A DNA stretch of 64,000 nucleotides from Mobula hypostoma. Its lineage: Eukaryota. The stretch is taken from positions 4,526,001 through 4,590,000 of the forward strand of contig NC_086108.1 in assembly GCF_963921235.1 (NCBI RefSeq). The letters are read 5' to 3'. The position numbers and the translations under genes were made by a program. This document shows, piece by piece, positions 50,985 to 62,965 of this stretch; position 1 is the stretch's first letter, and every line of letters begins with the position of its first letter. The notes beneath the pieces were generated by a model that did no database searches, was not told where the DNA came from, and saw only the letters and a program-made list of their open reading frames with translations.

Positions 50985-52950
50985 TACCGTGACAGACCCG
51001 TCCCCACCGGTACCGTACCCCGGTGTTATACGGTGACAGACCCGTCCCCACCGGTACCGTACCCCACTGTTACACGGTGACAGACCCGTCCCCACCGGTA
51101 CCGTACCCCGCTGTTATACGGTGACAGACCCGTCCCCACCGGTACCGTACCCCGGTGTTACACAGTGACAGACCCGTCCCCACCGGTACCTCACCCCGGT
51201 GTTGTACGGTGACAGACCCGTCCCCACCGGTACCGTACCCCGGTGTCACACAGTGACAGACCCGTCCCCACCGGTACCGTACCCCGGTGTTATACAGTGA
51301 CAGATCCGTCCCCACCAGTACCGCACCCCGGTGTTATACAGTGACAGACCCGTCCCCACCGGTACCGTACCCCAGTGTTATACAGTGACAGATCCGTCCC
51401 CACCGGTACCTCGCCCCGGTGTCACACAGTGACAAACCCGTCCCCACCGGTACCGTACCCCGGTGTTACACGGTGACAGACCCGTCCCCACCGGTACCGT
51501 ACCCCGGTGTTACACGGTGACAGACCCGTCCCCACTGGTACCGTACCCCAGTGTTCTACAGTGACAGACCCGTCCCCACCGGTACTGTACCCCGGTGTTA
51601 TACAGTGACAGACCCGTCCCCACCGGTACCGTACCCCGGTGTTGTACAGTGACAGACCCGTCCCCACCGGTACCGTACCCCAGTGTTATACAGTGACAGA
51701 TCCGTCCCCACCGGTACCTCGCCCCGGTGTTATACAGTGACAGATCCGTCCCCACCGGTACCGTACCCCAGTGTTATACAGTGACAGACCCGTCCCCACC
51801 GGTACCGTACCCCGGTGTTACACAGTGACAGACCCGTCCCCACTGGTACCTCGCCCCGGTGTCACACAGTGACAAACCCGTCCCCACCGGTACCGTACCC
51901 CGGTGTTACACGGTGACAGACCCGTCCCCACCGGTACCGTACCCCGGTGTTACACGGTGACAGACCCGTCCCCACCGGTACCGTACCCCAGTGTTCTACA
52001 GTGACAGACCCGTCCCCACCGGTACTGTACCCCGGTGTTATACAGTGACAGACCCGTCCCCACCGGTACCGTACCCCAGTGTTCTACAGTGACAGACCCG
52101 TCCCCACCGGTACTGTACCCCGGTGTTATACAGTGACAGACCCGTCCCCACCGGTACCGTACCCCGGTGTTGTACAGTGACAGACCCGTCCCCACCGGTA
52201 CCGTACCCCAGTGTTATACAGTGACAGACCCGTCCCCACCGGTACTGTACCCCGGTGTCACACAGTGACAAACCCGTCCCCACCGATACCTCGCCCCGGT
52301 GTCACACAGTGACAAACCCGTCCCCACCGGTACCGTACCCCGGTGTTACACGGTGACAGACCCGTCCCCACCGGTACCGTACCCCGGTGTTACACGGTGA
52401 CAGACCCGTCCCCACTGGTACCGTACCCCAGTGTCACACAGTGACAGACCCGTCCCCACCGGTACCGTACCCCAGTGTTCTACAGTGACAGACCCGTCCC
52501 CACCGGTACCGTACCCCGGTGTTGTACAGTGACAGACCCGTCCCCACCGGTACCGTACCCCGGTGTTGTACAGTGACAGACCCGTCCCCACCGGTACTGT
52601 ACCCCGGTGTCACACAGTGACAAACCCATCCCCACCGATACCTCGCCCCGGTGTCACACAGTGACAAACCCGTCCCCACCGGTACCGTACCCCGGTGTTA
52701 CACGGTGACAGACCCGTCCCCACTGGTACCGTACCCCAGTGTCACACAGTGACAGACCCGTCCCCACCGGTACCGTACCCCAGTGTTCTACAGTGACAGA
52801 CCCGTCCCCACCGGTACCGTACCCCAGTGTCACACAGTGACAGACCCGTCCCCACCGGTACCGTACCCCGGTGTTGTACAGTGACAGACCCGTCCCCACC
52901 GGTACCGTACCCCGGTGTCACACAGTGACAGACCCGTCCCCACTGGCACC
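50985..52950. repeat. 44-bp minisatellite, left block, about 45 copies
   Basis: Unit cagtgacagacccgtccccaccggtaccgtaccccggtgttata. Confidence 0.97.
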
Positions 52951-53592
52951 TGTAACAGCCTTTGCCCCAACTGACTCCCGTTGCCTAGGGTGAATAGCCG
53001 TCGACCCCACCAAACGGTGCAAATGCTTTGGTGCGGATACATGTGAGGCACCCAATGATCAGCCAAGACCCAAATATTAAACAATGTACCAAGTGCGAGT
53101 AAAGAATTATACTTTATAGCAAGTTTTGGAGATGAGTTAGCAGCAACAACTAAAAGAAAAGGCGCCGCATAAGTAACTTATCAGTCTTGTGCACATAATA
53201 TTTTAATACGTTGGAGCTCACGCCTCCGATTCCATCCACACGTCCTTCCGAGACTCCGGCCACCATCCAAGCCCTCGAGGTCCGGTATCTGCCGCCCTGG
53301 CACCGCTGTCCGTTCCCCGCACATCCGTCCTCTCTCCTCGCTTCCCTGAAAATGGTCCGTGCTCCTCAACTCAGCACAGATACAAGATAACCGAACATGA
53401 CTTCCATTGGCTAACAAATGAATACAATTTCCATTATCACATTGTATAACCCAAACATTGCTGTTACAGAGAACCCCTTGCTCAGCAGTTAACATTACGA
53501 GAAGCCATTTTAATATAACACCTCTGAGAAGCCATTTCGGTAAGAAGTGATTAACGGTTATCAGTCCGTCTAATGTTACTGAGAGCCCTATA
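52951..53592 (-). repeat. 3' LTR
   Basis: Aligns to 59000-59641 at about 93% by hand count; adjoined by PPT ggtggggggagaa on the minus strand (53593-53605). Confidence 0.93.
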
Positions 53593-53613
53593 TTCTCCCC
53601 CCACCGAGGTAAG

Positions 53614-56600
53614 TCATGCCCTCATGACGTTCAGATAATTTGTCTTCTCTTCCTGCAGAGCACACAACCCAATCCACGGGCAGAAAGCAGTGATCTGACT
53701 CCCCAACACAGTAGAGATCACACCTTGTTTCCTGGATGCTACGTAGGCCAACCTCTCTGGGGGTTTCTGACTACTCTGAGACCTACGTACCCCCTCATCT
53801 AACTCTTCCGCCTCGGACACTACAGGGGACCCTTTGAAACTCTGAGGAGAACCCTCACCCAAGCCCCTCTGCACCTCGGAACCCTCTATCTCTGGTTCAG
53901 GCCCTACCTCATCTCCTTCAGCGCCCTGCGCTACTACGGACTGCCCCTCACTAGCACCTCTTACCCCATCTAACCCAGTGGGGGAAAGGCCAGGAGTCTC
54001 TTCCTCCATCACAGGAGCACCAGCGAACGGCAGAATGTACTAACCATCCCAGTCATCATCCTCCGAGTCAGTATCCCTCACAGGGGCTGGGCCCCGGCCC
54101 GCCTCTCCCGGGGTAGGCACATCCTCCACCCTGTGGGGACGCAGAGTCCTGGTATTGTGTGCAGCCGCCTCGTCAGGATCCTGCTCTACCTGTACATCTT
54201 GCCCCAGGGACAACAGGTGATTCCGACGGAGAATCTTGACAGGCCCCTTTCCATCCTCAGGCCGTATACAGAAAACCGGTAGGTTTGGCATCTGACTCTC
54301 CACCACATAGGGCGTAGCTGCCCAGCGATCAGCCAGCTTGTGTTTTCCCAGTAATCCCAGATTCCTGATGAGGACTCGGTCTCCCGGCAGGAGTTGAGAG
54401 AACTTTAATTTCTGGTCATGCCCCCTCTTATTTCCCCCATTCTACCAGGCGGCCGCCTCCCCAGCCGACTCGTAAGCTCTTATCGGTTCTTTCCTCATAT
54501 CAGACACATACTTCAAGAAGGGCTTCGGCGACAACCTCACCTGCATCAGTCCCGAAACAGAGGTCAATGGGCAACCTTGCCTTGGGCCCAAACATAAGAT
54601 AATAGGGCGAGTAACCAGTAGCTTCGTTGCGTGTACAGTTGTAACAGTGAACCAGATGCCCAATATGTCAACTCCAACGATTCTTTTTGCTGATCTCCAG
54701 AGTCCCGAGCATGTCTAGCAGCGTCCGATTAAACCTTTCCGGCTGGAGATCGCCCTGCGGATGATAGGGCGTGGTCCTCGATTTCTCAACCCCCAGCATG
54801 CCCAGCAACTCATAGATGAGCTTACTCTCAAAGTCCCGCCCCTGGTCACTATGTGTCTGCCGAGGAAGGCCATAATGCACAAAATACTTCTCCCATAGCA
54901 CTTTCGCCACTGTCGTCGCCCTCTGATCCTTGGTAGGAAAAGCTTGCGCATACCTGGTGTAGTGCTCCGTGATGACCAAGACATTCGCCGTGTTGCTGGC
55001 ATCGGGTTCTATGGCCAGGAAATCCATACACACCAGGTCCAAAGGCCCCGCACTCTGCAAGTGGGACAAAGGGGCAGTCTGCCCGGGCAGCGTCTTCCAG
55101 CGTATGCAACGAATGCAGGATTTGCGGAACTCTTCAACCTCCGTCCTCATTCGGGGCCAGTAAAACCGATCCTTGAGCAATCCATAGGTCTTTTCCACCC
55201 CCAGATGTCCAGAGTCATCATGGAGGGACTTCAACACAACCTTCCGATACTTCTCCGGCAGGACCGGCCTGAGGTCGGTCCGTGAGTGATGTTACCCAGT
55301 ATAACATTTGGTTCTTCAACCTCAACCGAAGCCATTCTTTCAGTAACGGGGACACGGGACCATGCTTAGCCTTCTCCGCCCCGTGTCACATCCCCCTCTT
55401 CCACGGCATGCCAGACCCCTTCCATGGCATGCCCGACAGGGCCAATGTCCGGGTCATCTCACTGAGCAGTGGCCACTTCCCCAGGGCTTAACCCCGGCAG
55501 CTGTGTGGTCTTCAGAGCAGTCATGTCACAGTACACTAGGGGCAGAGCGTCATCGGATGCCCCCAATGAGTCCACTGCTCGATCTGGCCTCTCCTTCTCC
55601 TCAGCCTGCACGGTGATAGCAAACTGGCACATCGCCTTCACCCCGGATGCAGGAACATTCTCCCACTCCTCGTCCTTCCCCGGCTCCTCATGGCCCCGTC
55701 GGGACAGAGCATCTGCGTCGACATTCCGGCTCCCCGGCCGGTACTTTAGGCTGAAATCATGTGCAGACAAGGCTGCCAGCCACCAATGGCCTGTGGCATC
55801 CAGTTTCGCCGAGGTCAGGATGTAGGTGAGCAAGTTGTTGTCTGTCCTCACCTCAAACTTGGCCCCGTAGAGATAGTCACTCAGCTTATCCACCACCGCC
55901 CATTTCAACGCCAGGAACTCCAACTTGTGAGTGGGATAGTTTCTCTCCGAAGGCGACAAACTCCAGCTGACAAATGCTACAGGCCTCAGGCCGGCACCTG
56001 ATCCTGATATAAAACGGCCCCTAACCCCTCATGACTGGCGTCAGTGTGTAGCACATAGGGCAATCGGGGGTCTTCCCATTCTTCTACCGGTCCATTACAA
56101 TAGGAGACGCATAAAGGCTTCAGGACTCCGTGATGATCCCAGCCTCCTTCAACTTACGCAGATGCTGCCGCACGTCTTCCACATCTGCGGGGCCAGTCGC
56201 CGTGATTGTTCTCTAAACGGACTATCCTCTGTCACCCGTGTGGTGTGGCGAGTGCTCCTGGAACAACCCACATCAAACTCGTCAAGGGAAAAAACATCTG
56301 TCATCACCAACATCTTCTCCACCAGCCTCCGCTTCCAACCCTCCGGTACAAGTGATGCCCCAAAGTTAAAAGCTTCAGCGGTCAATTTAGGCCTTTTTCC
56401 CGACAGCTCTCCCCCAACTGGCCTCACGGGGGCGCTATGCATCACCGTCACCGGGAACAAATGTGCCAGAGGCATCCCTGGCTTAAAGGTGACCTCCCGG
56501 GCAGTCGTGCTCCTGACGATCACCACTAGCCTGCGTGCCTGTACCACCAAGGGCTTCTGCAACTCGGGTCTCACCAGCACCCCAACCGGGAATCTCGACT

Positions 56601-57246
56601 CCCCCTCGAGATCTTCCGGGGTGTCCACTAAAAGGGCTTCACCCTCAGGCACCCCCCAGAATCTAGGGATCCCCATCACTCTTGCTACTTCACCTGGCCA
56701 CACCACCCTGGGCTTCGACTGGGCACACCACACAGTGCCTCGTTCACACGCTGCGTCCAGCCCAGGGCGACCCCACGCTTCCTCAAAAGCAGCTCAGAAC
56801 ACTGGGTGCACTGACAGGGTCTCCAAAAAGTCTTCACCCGCCTTCTCCTTACAGGCTCCCAGGAGTCTCTGCACAATAGGGGTGTTGGTCCCCACCACAA
56901 TTGACACACCCCCAGTCTCACCGGGGTCTGGGCAAACCAGTACCAGGGCCTCATGAGCCTCAGACACCCCCACCTCAGCTTCCAGGAGCTCCAGTTTCAT
57001 GGACAAATAACCATCGTACGTGTAATCACCATCACTGATGCCCCATATCTCCAGTGCACTGAAAGGTGTCGGGGTAAATGCGCCAGATACTGATTGTAGA
57101 TCGACCGGTACAGTAATGTGACCTGCGACCCAGTATCGAGTATGGCTTTTGCATGTATCCCCTCTATCCATATCGACATGCTGGATCGGGGCCCCACCAA
57201 TCCTTCTGGGATAGGATCTTTTCCTCTCGACGATCCCGCAGCACAT
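53614..57246 (-). pseudogene. Gypsy pol remnants: protease, RT start, RNase H, integrase
   Basis: ILDTGSQV (PR); LHTDAS, ERNYPTHKLEFLALKWAV, TDNN and NVDADALSR (RNase H); HDDSGHLG..C..C, LVCMDF, HSDQGRDFES, YHPQGD.QPERFNRTL (IN). Confidence 0.93.
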
Positions 57247-57419
57247 TGTTGGGAATGTATTTTCCCAGAGACTCCAGTCCGTTGCCTCACTGAATCTCCT
57301 CTAAGTTTCCCGACCCTCCCCTTCCTGCTGGGACACCGGGGGACTCTCCCTCCGAGGGGCTCCCTGCTGTTCACATTCCCACCTGCAGTGCCCTTCTTCT
57401 CCACAGTTATAGCACACGC

Positions 57420-58915
57420 CTCACCTCGCCGAACCCCGGCCTCCGCCTGGCCTCAGTGCCGTCCATCCCTTCAGGGAGGGGCCTTTTCCGCTAGTCCCCT
57501 CCCGCGGAGGGACCCCACCTGCCGCGACCCCCTTTAGTGTCCCCCACGTGGAGATGGCCCTGGTCATTTCACCACAAGGAGCTACTACCAAGGACTGTAC
57601 CTTGTTAACGGAGCCTTCTTCCACTTCCAATGCGTCCTCCTCCTCCCTGACCTCTCTGAGCAACTGAAAATTAAGTAGTAATAAAACCATAAATAATTAA
57701 ATAGTAATATGTAAATTATGCCAGGAAATAAGTCCACGACCAGCCTATTGGCTCAGGGTGTCTGACCCTCCAAGGGAGGAGTTGTAAAGTTTGATGGCCA
57801 CAGGCAGGAGTGACTTCCTATGACGTGTCTGCTACCCTCAGCCTGCTGCCCCAGCACACAACAGCAAACATGATCGCACTGGCCACCACAGACTTGTAGA
57901 ACATCCTCAGCATCGTCCGGCAGATGTTAAGGGACCTCAGCCTCCTCAGGAAATAGAGACGGGGGGAATGCGCTGTACGAGACTGCCGGAGGCTCGTAGC
58001 AATAGCATCATGTCTCTGCGCACCCCTGACTACCTGGTCGATCCTTATCCGATCCACCTCATCCCCTGAAATGACCCCCTGGTGCCTCAAACAATTTAGC
58101 CTGCACTCTAGTCAGAGAAGATACTCAGAAAGCTTTTCCCCTTTCTCCTGACGCAGATTCTTAATTCCCCCTAAAAGCTCCACCGGGCTTCCCGTCAGCC
58201 CAAACGCCTCCCGTCAGCCCAAACGCCTCCTCTAGGCGACTAGACACTCCTTCCAACAAGTCAAGGACTGGTTAACTCTCACCCCTTTTACCACCTCAGC
58301 TGCCGCCCCCAATCTTTGCCGCTTCTCCTCCTCAGAGCACTGCTACTCACCTAGCAACTGAGAGGTATGTTCTACCCAGGACTCGTAATCCTCTTCCCTG
58401 TCGGGATGGAGGTTCTTCCTGAGAAAATTCTTAACTTCTGTCGTGGACCCACCGCCCCGTTCACCAAAGAGTTCATGGCTGAGGCCAACTCAGAGCCCTC
58501 CCCCTTCCGTGGGGAACTACATTCTCCAAATCCGACCAATCCCTTCCTTCATCCTTCAAAGACGATTGGACACGCTCTCTAAAATCTCCGCCCCCAGCTC
58601 CTCTGGTGTCCCTTCAGACCCTTCCTCCGTCACAGCGTGCACGCCCCATGGCCCTGCCTCACCTACGTCACTGACAGACGGAGGCAGTCCCGATTCCTTG
58701 ACGTCAGCACCAGTCTGTATCAGCACAAAGGCTGAGTTCCCCGTTTTACCGATCCTTCTGCTTACAATCTCAACCTTACCGATAGCTCTGACCGTATTCA
58801 AACATCGAATTAACACATCGTCCAGGGTATGTATATCCACCCCACTTAATACGCAGGCATGATTAACCGCGACATCCTCAATTTCACACCAAAGTTCAAT
58901 CTTGTCCACGTCCAC
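57420..58915 (-). pseudogene. Gypsy gag, PNMA/Ma-like, disrupted
   Basis: ELWCEIEDVAVNHACVLSGV...VLIQTGADV...LPPSV...GPWGV resembles the PNMA N-terminal domain; QLLREVREEE near the capsid end; stops and frameshifts present. Confidence 0.75.
57675..57960 (-). mobile_element. Rex1/Babar-type 3' fragment inserted in the Gypsy gag
   Basis: RLYFLRRLRSLNICRTMLRMFYKSVVASAIMFAVVCWG followed by an AT-rich tail. Confidence 0.8.
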
Positions 58916-58973
58916 CTCTTCTAATCTACCTCTTCTAATCTAACCTGGGTGATTTACCCCGTATCCGACAGAA

Positions 58974-58996
58974 TTCAAATCCCGGACGAGCCCCCA
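58974..58996 (-). promoter_or_regulatory. Primer-binding site for tRNA-Pro
   Basis: Minus strand TGGGGGCTCGTCCGGGATTTGAA, 3 nt from the 5' LTR; the first 18 nt are the canonical tRNA-Pro PBS. Confidence 0.93.
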
Positions 58997-58999
58997 AAA

Positions 59000-59641
59000 T
59001 GTAACAGCCTTTGCCCCAACTGACCCCCGTTGCCTAGGGTGAATAGCGTCGACCCCACCAAACAGTGCAAATGCTTTGGTGCGCATACGTGTGAGGCACC
59101 CAATGATCAGCCACGACACAAATATTAAACAATGTACCAAGTGCGAGTAAAGAATTATACTTTATAGCAAATTTTGGAGATGAGTTAGAAGCAACAACTA
59201 AAAGAAAAGGCGCCACGTAAGTAACTTATCAGTCTTGTGCACCTAATATTTTAATACGTTGGAGCTCACGCCTCCGATTCCATCCACAACGTCCTTCCGA
59301 GACTCCGGCCACCCTCCGAACCCCTGAGGTCCGGTATCTGCCGCCCTGGAACCGCTGTCCGTTCTCCACACTTCCGTCCTCTCTCCTCGCCTCCCCGAAA
59401 ACAGTCCGTGCTCCTCAACTCAGCACACAACAAGATAACAGAACATGACTTCCATTGGCTAGCAAAATGAATACAATTTCCATTATCACATAGTATAACC
59501 CAAACATTGCCGTTGCAGAGAACCCCTTGCTCAGCAGCTAACAGTACGAGAAGCCATTTTAATATAACACTTCAGAGAAGCCATTTTGGTAAGAAGTGAT
59601 TAACAGTTAACAGTCCATCTAGTATTATTGAGAGCCCTACA
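59000..59641 (-). repeat. 5' LTR
   Basis: tgtaacagcc...gagagccctaca, adjacent to the PBS. Confidence 0.93.
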
Positions 59642-60187
59642 CCCCATATTCTGGTGTTATACAATGGCAGGCCCCTCTCCCTTGGTATGGTACTCCAGTG
59701 TATATACAGTGAAGGACACATCCCCACTGGTACCGTACCTCGGTGTTATACAGTGACAAACCCATCCCCACTGATACTGTACTCTGGTGTTACACAGTGA
59801 CTGACCCGTCCCCACCGGTACCATATCCCAGTGTTATACAGTGACAGACCCGTCCCCACCGGTATCGTATCCCAGTGTTATACAGTGACAGACCCGTCCC
59901 CACCGGTACCGTACCCTGGTGTTATACAGTGACTGACCCATCCCCACCAGTACCGTACCCTGGTGTTATACAGTGACTGACCCGTCCCCACCGGTACCAT
60001 ACCCCAGTGTTATACAGTGACAGACCCGTCCCCACCAGTACCGTACCCCGGTGTTATACAGTGACTGACCCGTCCCCACCGGTACCATACCCCAGTGTTA
60101 TACAGTGACAGACCTGTCCCCACCAGTACTGTACCCCGGTGTTATACAGTGACTGACCCGTCCCCACCGGTACCGTACCCCGGTGCT
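59642..60187. repeat. 44-bp minisatellite, middle block, about 12 copies (first ones degenerate)
   Basis: Same unit as 50985-52950. Confidence 0.92.
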
Positions 60188-62491
60188 ATAGAAACATAGA
60201 AACATAGAAATTAGGTGCAGGAGTAGGCCATTCGGCCCTTCGAGCCTGCACCGCCATTTATTATGATCATGGCTGATCATCCAACTCAGAACCCCGCCCC
60301 AGCCTTCCCTCCATACCCCCTGATCCCCGTAGCCACAAGGGCCATATCTAACTCCCTCTTAAATATAGCCAATGAACTGGCCTCAACAGTTTCCTGTGGC
60401 AGAGAATTCCACAGATTCACCACTCTCTGTGTGAAGAAGTTTTTCCTAATTTCGGTCCTAAAAGGCTTCCCCTTTATCCTCAAACTGTGACCCCTCATTC
60501 TGGACTTCCCCAACATCGGGAACAATCTTCCTGTATCTAGCCTGTCCAATCCCTTTAGGATTTTATACATTTCAATCAGATCCCCCCTCAATCTTCTAAA
60601 TTCCAACGAGTACAAGCCCAGTTCATCCAGTCTTTCTTCATATGAAAGTCCTGCCATCCCAGGAATCAATCTGGTGAACCTTCTTTGTACTCCCTCTATG
60701 GCAAGGATGTCTTTCCTCAGATTAGGGGACTAAAACTGCACACAATCCTCCAGGTGTGGTCTCACCAAGGCCTTGTACAACTGCAGTAGTACCTCCCTGC
60801 TCCTGTACTCGAATCCTCTCGCTATAAATGCCAGCATACCATTCGCCCTCTTCACCGCCTGCTGTACCTGCATGCCCACTTTCAATGACTGGTGTATAAT
60901 GACACCCAGGTCTCGTTGCACCTCCCCTTTTCCTAATTGGCCACCATTCAGATAATAATCTGTTTTCCTAGTTTTGCCACCAAAGTGGATAACTTCACAC
61001 TTATCCACATTAAATTGCATCTGCCATGAATTTGCCCACTCACCCAACCTATCCAAGTCACTCTGCATCCTCTTAGCATCCTCCTCACAGCTAACACTGC
61101 CACCCAGCTTCGTGTCATCCGCAAACTTGGAGATGCTGCATTTAATTCCCTCATCCAAGTCATTAATATATATTGTAAACAACTGGGGTCCCAGCACTGA
61201 GCCTTGAGGTACCCCACTAGTCACCGCCTGCCATTCTGAAAAGGTCCCGTTTATTCCCACTCTTTGCTTCCTGTCTGCTAACCAATTCTCCACCCACACC
61301 AATACCTTACCCCCAATACCGTGTGCTTTAAGTTTGCACACTAATCTCCTGTGTGGGACCTTGTCAAAAGTCTTTTGAAAATCCAAATATACCACATCCA
61401 CTGGTTCTCCCCTATCCACTCTACTAGTTACATCCTCAAAAAATTCTATGAGATTCGTCAGACATGATTTTCCTTTCACAAATCCATGCTGACTTTGTCT
61501 GATGATTTCACTGCTTTCCAAATGTGCTGTTATCACATCTTTGATAACTGACTCCAGCAGTTTCCCCACCACCGACGTTAGGCTAACCGGTCTATAATTC
61601 CCCGGTTTCTCTCTCCCTCCTTTTTTAAAAAGTGGGGTTACATTAGCCACCCTCCAATCCTCAGGAACTAGTCCAGAATCTAACGAGTTTTGAAAAATTA
61701 TCACTAATGCATCCACTATTTCTTGGGCTACTTCCTTAAGCACTCTAGGATGCAGACCATCTGACCCTGGGGATTTATCTGCCTTTAATCCCTTCAATTT
61801 ACCTAACACCACTTCCCTACTAACATGAATTTCGCTCAGTTCCTCCATCTCACTGGACCCTCTGTCCCCTACTATTTCTGGAAGATTATTTATGTCCTCC
61901 TTAGTGAAGGCAGAACCAAAGTAATTATTCAATTGGTCTGCCATGTCCTTGCTCCCCATAATCAATTCACCTGTTTCTGTCTGTAGGGGACCTACATTTG
62001 TCTTTACCAGTCTTTTCCTTTTTACATATCTATAAAAGCTTTTACAGTCAGTTTTTACGTTCCCCGCCAGTTTTCTCTCATAATCTTTTTTCCCCTTCCT
62101 AATTAAGCCCTTTGTCCTCCTCTGCTGAACTCTGAATTTCTCCCAGTCCTCAGGTGAGCCACTTTCTCTGGCTAATTTGTATGCTTCTTCTTTGGAATTG
62201 ATACTATCCCTAATTTCTCTTGTCAGCTACGGGTGCACTACCTTCCTTGATTTATTCTTTTGCCAAACTGGGATGAACAATTGTTGTAGTTCATCCATGC
62301 AATCTTTAAATGCTTGCCATTGCATATCCACCGTCAATCCTTTAAGTGTCATTTGCCAGTCTATCTTAGCTAGTCCACGTCTCATACCTTCAAAGTTACC
62401 CCTCTTTAAGTTCAGAACCTTTGTTTCTGAATTAACTATGTCACTCTCCATCTTAATGAAGAATTCCACCATATTATGGTCACTCTTACCC
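60188..62491 (-). mobile_element. Young 5'-truncated CR1 LINE
   Basis: 411-aa open RT segment 60730-61965 (NYRPVSLTS, GVPQGSVLGP, KFADD) ended by one W-to-stop change; (tttctatg)n tail. Confidence 0.95.
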
Positions 62492-62965
62492 AGTTATACA
62501 GTGACTGACCCATCCCCACCGGTACCATATCCCGGTGTTATACAGTGACAGACCCGTCCCCACCGGTACCGTACCCCGGTGTTATACAGTGACAGACCCG
62601 TCCCCACCGGTACCGTACCCCGGTGTTATACAGTGACAGACCCGTCCCCACCGGTACCGTACCCCGGTGTTATACAGTGACAGACCCGTCCCCACCGGTA
62701 CCGTACCCCGGTGTTACACAGTGACAGACCCGTCCCCACCGGTACCGTACCCCGGTGTTACACAGTGACAGACCCGTCCCCACCGGTACCGTACCCCGGT
62801 GTTACACAGTGACAGACCCGTCCCCACCGGTACCGTACCCCGGTGTTATACAGTGACAGACCCGTCCCCACCGGTACCGTACCCCGGTGTTATACAGTGA
62901 CAGACCCGTCCCCACCGGTACCGTACCCCGGTGTTATACAGTGACAGACCCGTCCCCACCGGTAC
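62492..62965. repeat. 44-bp minisatellite, right block, about 11 homogeneous copies
   Basis: Same unit as 50985-52950. Confidence 0.95.

Larger units (their letters stand above)
52951..59641 (-). mobile_element. Ty3/Gypsy LTR retrotransposon, both LTRs present, defective
   Basis: Two 642-bp LTRs (TG...TA and TG...CA), PBS, PPT, gag-PR-(RT deleted)-RNaseH-IN order, 4-bp TSD cacc/cccc with one mismatch. Confidence 0.95.

Noticed and set aside
50985..52950. CRISPR-like appearance of short palindromic repeats
   Set aside because: Units are head-to-tail with no unique spacers, there are no cas genes, and the context is vertebrate.
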